From assembly GCF_964194155.1 (NCBI RefSeq), contig NC_135909.1:21080001-21144000 (forward strand): 64,000 nucleotides of DNA. The letters run 5' to 3'. Under the pieces are notes generated by a model. The model ran no database searches. It was not told the DNA's origin and saw only the letters and a program-made list of their open reading frames with translations. Of this stretch, positions 11,978-24,080 are shown piece by piece. Every line of letters begins with the position of its first letter. The stretch's first letter is position 1. The translations under genes were made by a program, and so were the position numbers. This stretch comes from Cetorhinus maximus (lineage: Eukaryota).

Positions 11978-12017
11978 GTTGTTAACACTGCGGTCTAACC
12001 AACTGAACTCAGCGGCT
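11978..12017 (-). pseudogene. 5' half of a degenerate tRNA-Ile(AAT)-like gene
   Basis: Reverse complement AGCCGCTGAGTTCAGTTGGTTAGACCGCAGTGTTAACAAC vs vertebrate Ile-AAT GGCCGGTTAGCTCAGTTGGTTAGAGCGTGGTGCTAATAAC (31/40 by eye); 3' half absent. Confidence 0.55.
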
Positions 12018-12278
12018 GTATAGACGGAGGCGGCTGGGGTTAATGGACAGATTTTGTTTTACTTCTCATACTGGGTAACAGAGCAATTGCAAAAAGAATG
12101 GACAAACCACATTGTTCCGATATAAAACTGTGCAAACTAAGAGCTAAGCGGGTGATTCGGAAGCCGGGGAAGAGAACTTTAATGTCTCGAAATTGCAATT
12201 GACATTATCCTGTTCGCCAACATCCCCGCACAATGATTACAGATATAAAAACCCGCCATTTGAACAGTAAAGCTTTTT

Positions 12279-12350
12279 TGAGCCTGACATGATTTGAACA
12301 CGCAACCTTCTGAGCTGGAGTCAGACGCGCTACCGTTGCGCCACAAGCCC
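12279..12350 (-). tRNA. tRNA-Trp(CCA), variant
   Basis: Reverse complement GGGCTTGTGGCGCAACGGTAGCGCGTCTGACTCCAGCTCAGAAGGTTGCGTGTTCAAATCATGTCAGGCTCA: 72 nt, all stems pair (extra G-U pairs), C at position 38; T5 terminator at 12247-12251. Confidence 0.88.
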
Positions 12351-12649
12351 ATCCGTTAAATTATGGTAATTTACTGCTCCTAGATTCGCTTCTTTACACC
12401 TTGATTATACTCCGGGTATTGGAATTTTGCTTAATCCCCATTTTCCCTCCGTTCTGTCAGGTCAGTGATTAATTTAAACTGTTTTCTAGGCTGTCTGCTG
12501 TTTAACTATTTCCCAGACATTACTTATACTTTTTGCTTCTAACTTCTGCTTGATACAAAGTGCCCCGGAATATATGAAGGACAAATGCAGAACTCCGCCA
12601 ACTCCGAGTGACCTCGAAACAGCAACCTTGAATTTAATCGCTGAATCCA

Positions 12650-12850
12650 CAAACCAATACCGACGCTCACACTGCTGCTGCATTGAGCCTGTGTCAGAAA
12701 CCCTGAACTCGGGTGTCACTGAGTGACGGCTTCGTTTGCGGCCAAAGCCGCGCGTCCGCCATCTTTATTGGGGGCAATGCGCAGTAAGGCGCATGCGCAG
12801 TCGTCGCTGGCCCTGGAATTACGAAATTCACGCTTTTCGCAACCACTCCA
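12650..12850 (-). promoter_or_regulatory. CpG-rich Pol II promoter module (NRF1 and YY1 sites)
   Basis: GCGCATGCGCA at 12789-12799, AAGATGGCGG on minus at 12756-12765, palindrome GTCACTGAGTGAC at 12715-12727, locally high CpG. Confidence 0.6.
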
Positions 12851-13703
12851 TCCGCAGCTCAGCACAAACCTCACAGACAGGGCTAGAATGAGCAAATGGG
12901 ACCCACTCTGTTCCCCCATTCTCACCCCATCACCCAATTAAAATGACATGGTGGCGTCTTTTTAAAAAATATATCAAAGGATGAAATGTCGAAAGTAATT
13001 TCTGGCGGGGGAGAGAAAGTGGGAGAGACAGAGAAATGACCTCGGCCCTAGTGCCGGCCGCGAGGCTCAGGAAGCGCGGGATTGTTCGAAATTTCCGGCC
13101 AGCCATTTCATTAGTTCAGAAAGATGTGAAAGATATTTTCCGTGTGAAATATTTCCAGACCATGTCCCATATGATTCTCGTCAGCATGAAAATTCACCGC
13201 GGAAATAGCGAAAGATACACACATTTGATCAGGTCATGATTTACATCACTCACACCTTAAACATGAGGTCCCTGATGAAATCACGATGACTTGGAATTTC
13301 TCCGAAAATGTCAGCTGACCTCAGGGACTGGCAGAATTGCATTACCCACGTGATTGGCGAGGCCCAACCACAGGCCCAGCTGGCGAGTGGCGCAAACTGA
13401 TATCACTGCTTCTGATCTTCACCAGAACAGAGTGAGATGTAACATTGCTTAGCAAACACATCGAGAGATGTAACAAACATATTTATTCCAAATTCATTCA
13501 ATTCCACTTTAGTACTGGGTGGCTTTAATTCTTATTCCACAATTATTCTGGGAATTGCAACGCTCTTTATTAAAATATGCTTTTTATGTCATTTCATGTG
13601 TTAATTCCTAAGAGCCCTTTAATGTTTGGAAGAACAATCAGAACCTTCAGCTGCCAAGTAAGAACGTGGTTTTCAGGGAGTTCCACCAGATTTCCGTTTA
13701 AAA

Positions 13704-13763
13704 GGATCACGACAGGACTCAAGCCTGCAATCTTCTGAGACCTTAATCAACACCAAAGTCAGA
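13704..13763 (-). pseudogene. 3' part of an intron-containing tRNA-Arg(TCG)-like pseudogene
   Basis: Reverse complement TCTGACTTTGG-TGTTGATTAAGGT-CTCAGAAGATTGCAGGCTTGAGTCCTGTCGTGATCC matches the anticodon arm and T arm of vertebrate Arg-TCG, with a 13-nt insert after position 37; D arm missing. Confidence 0.65.
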
Positions 13764-15540
13764 TATAGTCATACTCATGGAATGATACCTGACAGATCAT
13801 GTCGCGGAGGTGGCAGCACAGTGTCAATGTCCATCACCAAAAGTGGCTCGGAACGACCAGCACAGGGCGAGCTGGCCGAGTCCTAAAGGGCATTCATGTT
13901 GACATTCACAATACAAGTATAGTATATTTACAGGCCCCCATTTATCCATTCAATATGTTACTCCTTAAAATAACTCTAATAAATGGGTTGTAGATCGATT
14001 CCCCTGGCTGGTGGGTCCAGAACCAGAAGGAAAAGTGTCAGAATAAAGGCCGGGCTATTTAAGACTGAGATGAGGCGGAATTTCTTCACTCAGAGGGAGG
14101 TGAATCTTTGAAATTCTCTACCCAGGAGGTCTGAAAGCCCGGATCTGTCACCTGGAGTTAATGCCTGTGCTCTGACAGATAAATTATACAATTTCGAGTT
14201 TCTTAGTATTTTCTGGCCACATTTTCTGCTGAAAGGTGACACTTTATTTGCTGGGCAGTTTAAGGACCCTCTATGAAACTCACTCACTAAACATTCAAAT
14301 GTGACAGTGTTTATTGCATGGGGCTTCCATTTACTCAGACACAGATCTGTTATAACAGTAGCTTGGGTTGGGATGTGATTCAGACCCACAGCTTTCTGAT
14401 CTGAAGTTCGATGTATTCCTGTGTGACACAAGAATTTGCTAACTTTTTCTGCGGGATGTTGTTCAATGGCATCAAGGGCGGAGATGTGACACTGATCCCT
14501 CGGGCACAGTTTTATTTTTTGCAGTTTCTAGTAAGGGAGAACCAGTTGCAGACATGGGAGACAAAATATGTGAATATCTTTACCTTGTTTTCGGAGAAGG
14601 CACTAAAACATTCACCAACATCAGCAAAGCAGGACTTTACCAAATTCTGGATAAAATTGTCTGTACATCAAAGCTCCTCCATCTTTTCATTACAACATGC
14701 ACTGTACTGTACAGTTTGACGGCACCAACAGCTTCAGGGTGAAGAATAGAGTGAAATGAAGAATAAGTTGTTTCCTTGCCCCACTTTGTTTAGTATTTAA
14801 TTTTCTCATGATCCTGCCCTTTGCCTTCCCTGCAGATTTCCTGCATAACAGGTCAGATAGCAAACGGTTAAATTGTCCCAGTTGAAAATGAAGGCAAAGA
14901 TACAGCTGGTCTTGATCAGAGAACTCCTCTATCTGATGATACCACACTCATCGCCAACAGGGATTCTCAGTTACAGAGATTCATGGATTGTCCTTCCCAT
15001 GCCTGTAACTTGTTCTCCCCAGAATACTTACAGTAGAATGTATTATATGAGGAATAAGTGTCCCATGGTGCAGCACAGGAGCGTCACTGCTTGTCTGGGT
15101 TCGAGTCCCACTCTAGGATTTGATGGCCAAACAGTTTAATCATCAATCTGTAAATCATTCCAATGCGCCTATGGCTGGCAGGAAGAGAAGGAGAGTCTCC
15201 TGGTTGGCAATGCTTGGTGCAGACTTGTGCACCTCAAGTTTTTGCCACGAGCGGCCTCTTTCAGGGGGAAAACAAGCTAGGCATAGAAACAGATGTAAGC
15301 ACTTGTTTTGTCTTCCTCAGACGCCACTGGGCATGGGAAGAGAAACGAAGGAAGAACAAGTATAAAATGGGGATATCAAGTCAGATAATAATGCAGCTTC
15401 AGGCCAATGGCTTCTGATGAAACAATTCATACATTACTTTCGGATGGCAGCTGTTCATCCGTCTGCCATTCACACCATCATCAGACAAATCTTTCATTTC
15501 TTTACTTGTCTCTTTACCACTCCCTTTAGCCTTGCCCCAG

Positions 15541-16812
15541 CAACTCGCTTATAATTTAAACTTTCCTGCCCTCCACGCTACCTTAGAAATGATAAGACAA
15601 CGGGTTATACTGGTTGTAACCCGTTGTAATGAATAACGACCCACAATAAATTAATAATATGACAATGAATGAACATCTAGTAATAAGTGACCACAAAATG
15701 TTAGTGGTAGATATTCAGTTCGCGGCTAAAGGTCACACACATGTCACAGTTTTCACCTTAAGTAAGGCCGATAAGGACGGAATGAGCGGTAAACTGAACA
15801 CGTTAAATCCCATGCAAAACAAGACAGGGAACAATCGGAGGCTCTCAAATAAGTATTTAGTGCAATATGTAGCTAATACAAGCCCGAAACGAACAAATAC
15901 AAATGAAACTTCACTTTAACAGTTCATGGTGATTTTTGGGGACGGGATTCCATGTTTTTAATCAGGGATTAAGAATTCGTGGTGATGTCTGTCCAAATAA
16001 TTATTTACTGCGTCTTTGTGAAAATGTTGTCTCCGTTTTGCTGACGTTCTTGTATTTCTGAATGGCACTTGTCACAGGGAGGACGCTGCTGTTCAAATAA
16101 ACATGGTGACTTACTGTCAGATCGTATAGATCTGACATTCTCTGACAAATATGTATAAACTGCACTAGACTGTTTCCATCTAAGGGAATAACTTTTGCTT
16201 TACAGATAATCCTCGAGTGCAGGAGAACAAACGAAGGGCAACTGCCTATGTCAGGTCTTTTGGAGAAACCGGCTGAGAGAAAGTTGAAAGCCTGAGCTGC
16301 TGTGTGTTTGCAGCATTTACAGTTTGCGTCCTTGCGTAAATAAAAACAATTTGAGATTGCAGATTGAAGTGTTGACTGGGCGTAATGAACTGATACAAAT
16401 ATTCTGTAAATAAAAGTGATTGAGTGTTGCATCAAATGCTACCTTTTGGTGTTAATGGGAATACAAATATTAGAGAATGGTTTTGATTCAGTGATCTGTG
16501 AGCTACAGGCAGATCACGACTCAGCTGCACCATTCTGCGAGATAAGGGCTCCAGCGTACAGCCCATGAGTAGATAGCTGGGCAATTTTTTTAAAGACAGT
16601 GAGTTGTGGTGATTCGGAAAGCACTGCCTGAAAGCCACGAACTGAATGTCGGCTACTAAAACTTTGTGGTCACTTATTGCTAAATGTTCATTCATTGTCA
16701 TATTATTATTAGATTGTGGGTCGTTATTCATTACAATATCTGGTAGAACCTGCTGTCTTGTTGTTTCAAAAGTAGCGTAGAGGGCAGGAAAGTTTAAATG
16801 ACAAGCAAGTTG
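15541..16812. repeat. Inverted repeat, ~185-bp arms (15541-15727 and 16633-16812) around a ~900-bp spacer
   Basis: ttgtaatgaataacgacccacaat...atgacaatgaatgaacat..taagtgaccacaaa occurs on both strands; both ORF tracks show MTMNEHL.ISDHK. Confidence 0.9.
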
Positions 16813-16949
16813 GTCATTCAATTGTGCATTTAAAAAAGAATTGGAATACCGAAATGACAATATTTTCAGGCTGATCGGAGACGATCAGAGAAATGGGACA
16901 GGGCCCATACTCTGAGTCGAATGTCCTCTATCTGAGTTGTTGTTGAATG

Positions 16950-17229
16950 GAATGGCGGACAGAATTAACCAGAATGCTCAGCGGCTCGGAAAGCGGCCTC
17001 TCGCCATCAGAAAGGCCACAGAGCGCAGGCGCAGAGAAGTCCCGCCCCCGGAGTTTTTCTGTTTGCCTGGGACATGCGCAGTGTGGCTCCTGGAAGCTGA
17101 GCCGGGGGTGACCGAGTCTCAGCGGCTCTCAGAGCCCGAATCGGAGCCGCCAGGATCGGCAGACGTGCGGCGAGGGACCTGGGCGGGCGGCACCATGAAG
17201 CCGGTGGTTGTTGCAGACTGAAGGTCAGT
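16950..17229 (+). promoter_or_regulatory. CpG-island promoter and probable first exon of the downstream ZNF gene
   Basis: NRF1-like GCGCAGGCGCA (~17023) and CATGCGCA (~17073), GC box CCCGCCCC (17041), splice donor AAG/GTCAGT at 17223/17224. Confidence 0.65.
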
Positions 17230-17234
17230 GAGAT

Positions 17235-17652
17235 GAAACATTGAGCTCAACAATTTCAGACCGTAAACTCCGTTCTTCATTTTGTTTCCTTTGCTTGTTT
17301 CGTTTTATTTTTTCAGTTCGCAGCTCAGCTGCTCCAGGCACAGGTTTTGTTTCTTTGCTTCTTTTCTTGCCCCATCTCCAATCCCTTTGGCCCTGGAGAC
17401 TAACTTTTCTGTCCCTCAACCTCTCCTGTCTTCCACCCGGTCACAAACCTTCCTTTTGTCCTTGTCCCACACACCCCTGGTTTCGAACCTATTCCATCTC
17501 TCACTTTTCCCAGTCCTGGTGAAAGGTCACAGCTGAAACACTAACTCTGTTTTTCTCAGGACACAGATGCTGCCTAATCTGCTGAGTTTTCTTTTTCAAC
17601 ATTTTCTGTTTTAATTTAAGATTTCCATCACCTCTTCCACATTCTGCTTTTT
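17235..17652 (+). mobile_element. Penelope terminal-repeat fragment
   Basis: ctggtgaaaggtcacagctgaaacactaactctgt...acagatgctgcctaatctgctgagttt...cattttctgtttt, the same terminal motif as 56925-57025. Confidence 0.65.
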
Positions 17653-18271
17653 GATGAGCACAGAGCTGAACCCAGTCAGAGTCAACACCTTCAGAAGAGA
17701 GAGTGGAGAGATGGTGCCGGAGGGAGGGCTTTGGATTTCTGGGGCATTGGTCCCGGTTCTGGGGAAGGTGGGATCTGTACAAACCAGACAGTCTACACCT
17801 GAATAGGACTAGGACGAGTGTCCTTTAAGGGAGATTTGCTAGTGTTGTTGGGGAGGTTTTAACTAGGTTGGCGGGGGGATGGGAACCTGAAGGCAGATTC
17901 AGCTCGGACAAATTCAGAGCAGAGAGCGGGAGACAGCAAATTAGCGAGTGACTCTGAAAGACAAAAGGAGCAAAGGTTAAATGCACAGGGATTTGGCAAA
18001 GGTAAAAGGTATTTACCTAAATGCAATGAATTTAGCAAAACAGCCAATGAACTGAGGGACAAGATAGTCACGTGGCAGCATGATATCATTGCTATAATGG
18101 AGACTTGACTTAAAGAGGTCCAAAAATGGCAGCTCAACATCCCTGGACTTAGGGTTTTCAGGCAGGGTACAGAGGGACCTAAAAAGGTGTGGTGGAGTAG
18201 CGTTACTGATTAAATAATCAATTACTGCTGTGTGGAGTGATTAAATATAAATTGATTCATCAAATCGTGCT

Positions 18272-21200
18272 TGTATACGAGCAGAGGAGAGACCTTATCC
18301 TGAGTGAGGCACAGCCAGAGTGAGTGTGGGTATTGGCAATTTGGTGCACAGTGGGAATTCGGTGCAGAGGAGAAGAGGTGTTCTTGCATTTTTTCTTTGC
18401 TATCCAACTTCTTAAATCTTCAGAGAGTGGTCTTGCCCTGCTGCCGCAGTAGAGGCTACAAGGGAGAGGAGTGACTGGTAAGTAGTGGGTAAGGTCGGGT
18501 AAGTATTTACTACTTTTATCACTTATAGTTTAAGGTCTTTTTGTGGTTTATAGTTTGTATATTCTGTAGTAACGAGGATCAGGAAAGAAGGGCCCTAGAG
18601 TGATTGATATAAAAGGCTTAATTTAAAGGGATAAGTCATGGCAGGAGAGCTCAAAGTCGTGGTGTGCTCCTCGTGCTCCATGTGGGAAGCCGGGAACATT
18701 TCTAGTGCCCGGGACCAGCATGTGTGCAGGAAGTGCATCCAGCTGCAGCTCCTGGAAGCTCGGGTTTCAGAGTTAGATGGCGGCTGGGGACACTGTGAAG
18801 CATCTGTGAGTCTGAGAGCATCGTGGATAGCACATTTAGAGAGGGGGTCACACCGCAGCAGAAGGGACTTGAGGAAGGAAGGAAATGGGTGACCACCAGG
18901 CAGTACAAGAGAAACAGGCAGGTCGTTCAGGAGTCCCCTGGGGTCTCGCTTGCAAATCGGTATTCCATTTTGGAGGCTGATGAGGGCGCTGGTTCCTCCA
19001 GGGAGTGCAAACAGAGCTAAGTTTCTGGCACCACATGCAGCCTGCCTGTACAGGAGGGGAGGAAGAGCAAAAGTAATAGGGGATACTATTGTCAAGGGAA
19101 CAGATAGGCGCTAATGTGGCTGTCAACGTGACTCTAGGATGATGTCTTGCCTCCCTGGTGCCATGGTCCGGGATGTCACTAAATGGCTGCAGGACATCCT
19201 GAAGAGGGAGGATGATAAGGCAAAGGCCATGGTACATGTTGGTACCAATGACATAGGTAGAAAGAGGGATGAGGCCTTGCATCAAGAATTCAGTGAGTTA
19301 GGCAGTAGACTGAAAAGCAGGACCTCTCGGGTTGTAATCTCTGGATTACTCCCAGTGCCACGTGCTAGCAAGCACAGAAATAGGAGAATAATGCAGATGA
19401 ATATGTGGCTTAAGAGTTGGTGCAGGAGGGAGGGTTTTAGATTCCTGGATCATTGGGACTGTTTCTGGGAAGGTGGGACCTGTACAAGCGGGACAGTCTA
19501 CATCTGAACCTGAGCAGGACTAACATCCTTGTGGGCGAGTTTGCTAGTGCTGTTGGGAGGAGTTTGAACTAATTCGGCAGGGGGAGGGGACACAGAACAT
19601 TAGCAGAATAGGGACACATCATAATACAGTAAAACAATCAAGTCAGAGGCAATACAGCTGCATTAAGTTTCAGTGGAGTAAGGCAAGTCAGGATGGCCTA
19701 TACTTTAATGCCAGGAGTATTATAGGTAAAACGGATGAGTTAAGGGTGAGGATTGACATATGGAATTGTGATATAACAGCCATCACGGAGACGTGGTTGA
19801 GAGAGGGGCAGGATTTGCAGCTCAAGATTTCGGGATATTGAATCTTCAGGCGAGACGGGGAGGGGGTAAAAGAGGCGGAGGCATTGCATTATTAGTTAAG
19901 GAGTCAGTTAATGCAGTAAGGAGAGATGATATCTTGGAGGCAACATCAAATGAAGCTTTCTGGACAGAGCTTAGGAATAAAAAAGGGGCAGCCACATTGT
20001 TAAGTGTTTATTATAAACCCCCAGATAGTCAGCGGGAAATTAAGGAGCAAATATGTGCACAATTTGCGGAGATGTGTAAAAACAATAGCAATAGGATAAT
20101 TACATTTGGTGATTTCAACTTTCCCAACATTAATTGAGATAGACATAGTGTTAAGTGGAGGGATTTCTTGAAACGTGTACAGGAGAACGTTCTAGGTAAA
20201 TTTGTAGAGGGTCCAACAAGGGACGGTGCATTGCTGGACCAAATTCTGGGGAATGAAGCCGGACAGGTGGCTGAGGTGGTAGTTGGGGAGCATTTTAGTG
20301 ATAACGATCACAACATGGCACAATTTAAGCTTGTTATGGACAAAAAGATAGACAAGTTGCAAAAAAAAAAAATGTTTTGGATTGGGGTAGAGTGGATTTC
20401 AGTAAAATAAGGTGGGTCTGGCCAAGGTAGACTGGGAACAGCTACTTGTGGGGAAATCAACAAAGGAACAGTGGGGGGGGCGTTGAAAAAGGAAATTGGG
20501 AGGCGACAAGCTCAACATGTTCCCTCTAGGGTGACAGGAAGGAGTAACAAGCCCAGAGAACCATGGATGACCCAAGATATTCAGGATACCATGCGAAGGA
20601 AAAGAGAAGCTTTTAGCAGGTAGAAGGGGAACAAATCAGCAGAGGCTTTAGTGGAGTACAGACAGTGCAGGGTGGAGATTAAGAAAGCAATTAGCACAGC
20701 AAAGGGAGGATATGAGAAAGCTCTTGCTAGTTAAAGTAGGGAAAATCCCAAGACATTCCATACGTATATCAATGGGCAGAGGATAACCAGGGAAAGAGTA
20801 GGGCCCATTAGTGACCAAGGGGGAAATCTATGGATGGAGCCAGAGGAGATCGGTAGAGTGTTGAACGAATTCTTCACATCCGTCTTCACCCAAGAGAATG
20901 AGGATGAAGGTGTGGAACTCAGGGAGAGAGACTGCGAGGTTCTTGAGCAAATTGATATAGGGAGTTACAAGGTATTGGAGGTTTTGGCAGGCTTAAAAGT
21001 GGACAAATCTCTAGGTCCGGATGATTTGTGTCCCAGACTGCTGAGGGAGGTAAGGGGGGAGATCGCAGGGACTCTGACCCAAATTTTTAATTCCTCTCTG
21101 GCCACAGGGGAGGTGCCAGAGGACTGGAGAACAGCTAATATGGTTCTGCTATTTAAGAAGGGTTGTAGAGGTAAGCCAGGGAACTGCAGGCCAGTGAGTC

Positions 21201-22572
21201 TCACGTCAGTAGTAGGGAACCTATTGGAGAAAATTCTGAAGGAGAGAATTTATCTCCACTTGGAGACGCAAGGTTTGATCAGGGATAGTCAGCATGGCTT
21301 TGTCAGAGGGAGGTCATGCCTAACAAATTTGATTGAATTTTATGAGGAGGTGACCAGGTGTGTAGATGAGGGTTGTGCAGCTGATGTAGTTTATATGGAT
21401 TTCAGCAAAGCCTTTGACAAGGTCCCACATGGGAGACTTATAAAGAGGGCAAACGCACATGGGATACAGGGTAATTTGATGAGGTGGTTCACAATTGGAT
21501 TAGTTGTAGGAGACAGAGGGTGATGACAGAAGGATGCTTTAGTGAGTGGAAGCCAGTGTCCAGTGGTGTACCACAGCGATCTGTGCTGGGTCCCCTAATA
21601 TTCGTCATTTATATAAAAGACATAGATGACTCTGTAGGGGATAGGATTAGTAAGTTTGCGGATGACACAAAGATTGACCGGGTGGTTAACAGTGAGGTTG
21701 AGTGTCTTGGGCTACAGGAAGATATAGACGGGATGGTCAAATGGGCAGATAAGTGGCAGATGGAATTTAACCCTGAAAAGTGTGAGGGGATACACTTTGG
21801 AAGGAATAATTTGACAAGGAAGTATTCAATGAATAGCATGACACGAGGACGTTCTGAGGAACAAAGGGACCATGGCGTGTGTGTCCTTAGATCTCTGAAA
21901 GCGGAGGGGCATGTTAATGGGGTGGTGAAAAAGGCATTTGGGACAGATGCCTTATCAATCGAGGCATAGATTACAAAAGTGGGGAGGTCATGTTGGAGTT
22001 GTATAGAACCTTGGTGAGGCCACAGCTGGAGTACTGTGTGCAGTTCTGGTCGCCACATTATAGAAAGGATGTGATTGCACTGGAGGGGGTGCAGAGGAGA
22101 TTCACAGGATGTTGCCTGAGATGAAATGTTTAAGTTATGAAGAGAGGTTGGATAGACTTGGGTTGTTTTCGTTGGAGCAGAGAAGACTGAGGGGTGACCT
22201 GATCGAGGTGTGCAAGTTTATGAGGGGCATGGAGAGGATGGATAGGGAGCAGCTGTTCCCCTTTGCTGAAGGGTCAGTCATGAGGGGACACAAGTTCAAG
22301 GTGAGGGGCAGGAGGTTTAGGGGCGATGTGAGGAATAATTTTTTGACCCAGAGGGTGGTGACGGTCTGGAATGCACTGACTGGGAGGGTGGTGGAGGCGG
22401 GTTACCTCACATCCTTTAAAAAGTACCTGGATGAGCACTTGGCACGTCATAACATTCAAGGCTATGGGGCAGGTGCTGGTAAATGGGATTAGGTAGGTAG
22501 GTCAGGTGTTTCTCATGTGTCGGTGCAGACTCGATTGGATGAAGGGCCTCTTCTGCACTGTGTGATTCTGTG
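18272..22572 (+). mobile_element. Near full-length CR1 LINE (5'UTR, ORF1 ~18638-19600, ORF2 APE-RT to 22492, 3'UTR), frameshifted
   Basis: ORF1 CSSCSMWE...CRKC and VHVGTNDIG; ORF2 GDFNFPNI, RPVSLTSVVG, QHGF, YMDFSKAFDKVPH, GVPQ.SVLGP, FADDTK; tail TTCTGTGA; TSD aaatcgtgct (18262-18271) / aaatcatgct (22573-22582). Confidence 0.95.
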
Positions 22573-23892
22573 AAATCATGCTATATGTGTTAAGCGCAGA
22601 AATAAAAAGGGGGCAGCCACACTACTGGGAATGTACTATAGATCCCCAAATAGTGAGATGGAACTAGAAGAGCAAATATGTAGGAAAATTTCGGAGTGCA
22701 AAAACAGGAAGGTAATAATAGTTGGGGACTTCAACTACTTGAATATCAATTAGGATACAAACAGTGTAATAGGCACAGAGGACATAAAATTCTTCAACTG
22801 CATTGAGTAGAACATTTTTAGTCGGCATGTAACAAGGCCAGTGAAAGGGAGTGAAATTCTAGATTTAGCCATAGGAAATGAAGCTGGGCAAGTGGATGAA
22901 GTCGCAGTGATTGACCATTTTGGCCATAGTGACCATATTACAGTTCGATTTAGCATAATTATGGAAAAGGATGAAGATAGAACAGGAGTAAAAGTTGTAA
23001 ATTGGGGAAAGACAAATTTTATGAAGCTGAGAGGTGATCTGGAGAGTGTGGACTAGTTACAGATCTTAATGAGCAAGAGAATAACTAAGGAAAGGGTAGG
23101 GCCTATCAGAGATGTATATGGTAACTTGTGCGTTGATACTGATAATGTAGGCAGGATTCTTAATGAGTACTTTGTCTCTCTCCTCACGAAGGAGAGGGAT
23201 GTTCTGGAGGGTTTGACATCCTTGAAGTTAGATAAATAACCAGGGCCAGATGGGTTGTATCCCAGGCTGTTAAAGGAAGCCAGGACAGAAATAGCGAATG
23301 CTCTGAGGACAGTTTTCCATTTCTCCCTAGATACATTCGAGGTACCAGAGGATTGGAGGTCTGTGAACATTGCACTGTTATTTAAAAAGGGCGCAAGGGA
23401 TAGGCCAAATGATTATAGGCCAGTCAGCCTGACTTCAGTGGTTGGAAAATTATTAGAATCAATCCTGAGAGACAGGATAAACTCTCGCTTAGAAAGGAAT
23501 GGATTAATCAGAGCGAGTCAGCATGCTTTTGTTAGGAGAAGGTCGTGTCTTACTAATTTAATCAATGCTTTTGAGGAAGTAACAAGGATGACTGTGGGTA
23601 AAGGAAGCATATCGAATGCTTTCTTTTATTGGATGAGGCATTGAATACAAAAGCAGGCATGTAATGCTGGAATTGTATAAAATACTGGTTAGGCCACAGC
23701 TGGCATTTTGTGTACAATTCTGGTCACCACATTGCAGGAAGTATACAATTCCTCCAGAAAGCGCACAGAGGAGACTTACAAGAATATTGCCAGGGCTTGA
23801 AAATTGCAGCTATGAGGAAAGATTGGATAGACTGGGGTTGTTTTCCTGAGGAGGCTGAGGATGACCTGATTGAGGTGTACAAGATTGAGGAG

Positions 23893-24080
23893 TTTTTGGT
23901 ATATTAATTCATGGGATATGGGCTTTGCTGGCTGGGCCAGCATTTGTTGCCCATCCCCATTTTCCCTTGAGAAGGTGGTGGTGAGCTGCCTTCTTGAACC
24001 ACTGCCGTCCATGTGGTGTATGTAGACCCACAGTGCTGTTAGGGAGGGAGTTCCAGGATTTTGACCCAGCGACAGTGAAG
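23893..24080 (-). mobile_element. Short 3'-end copy of the LINE family at 28975-31823, inserted into the outer CR1
   Basis: Reverse complement of 31645-31823; approximate TSD gaggagt / aaggagt. Confidence 0.75.

Noticed and set aside
15062-15118. tRNA-like sequence with GGTTCGAGTCCC B box
   Set aside because: Too short, no anticodon arm; at most a SINE or tRNA relic
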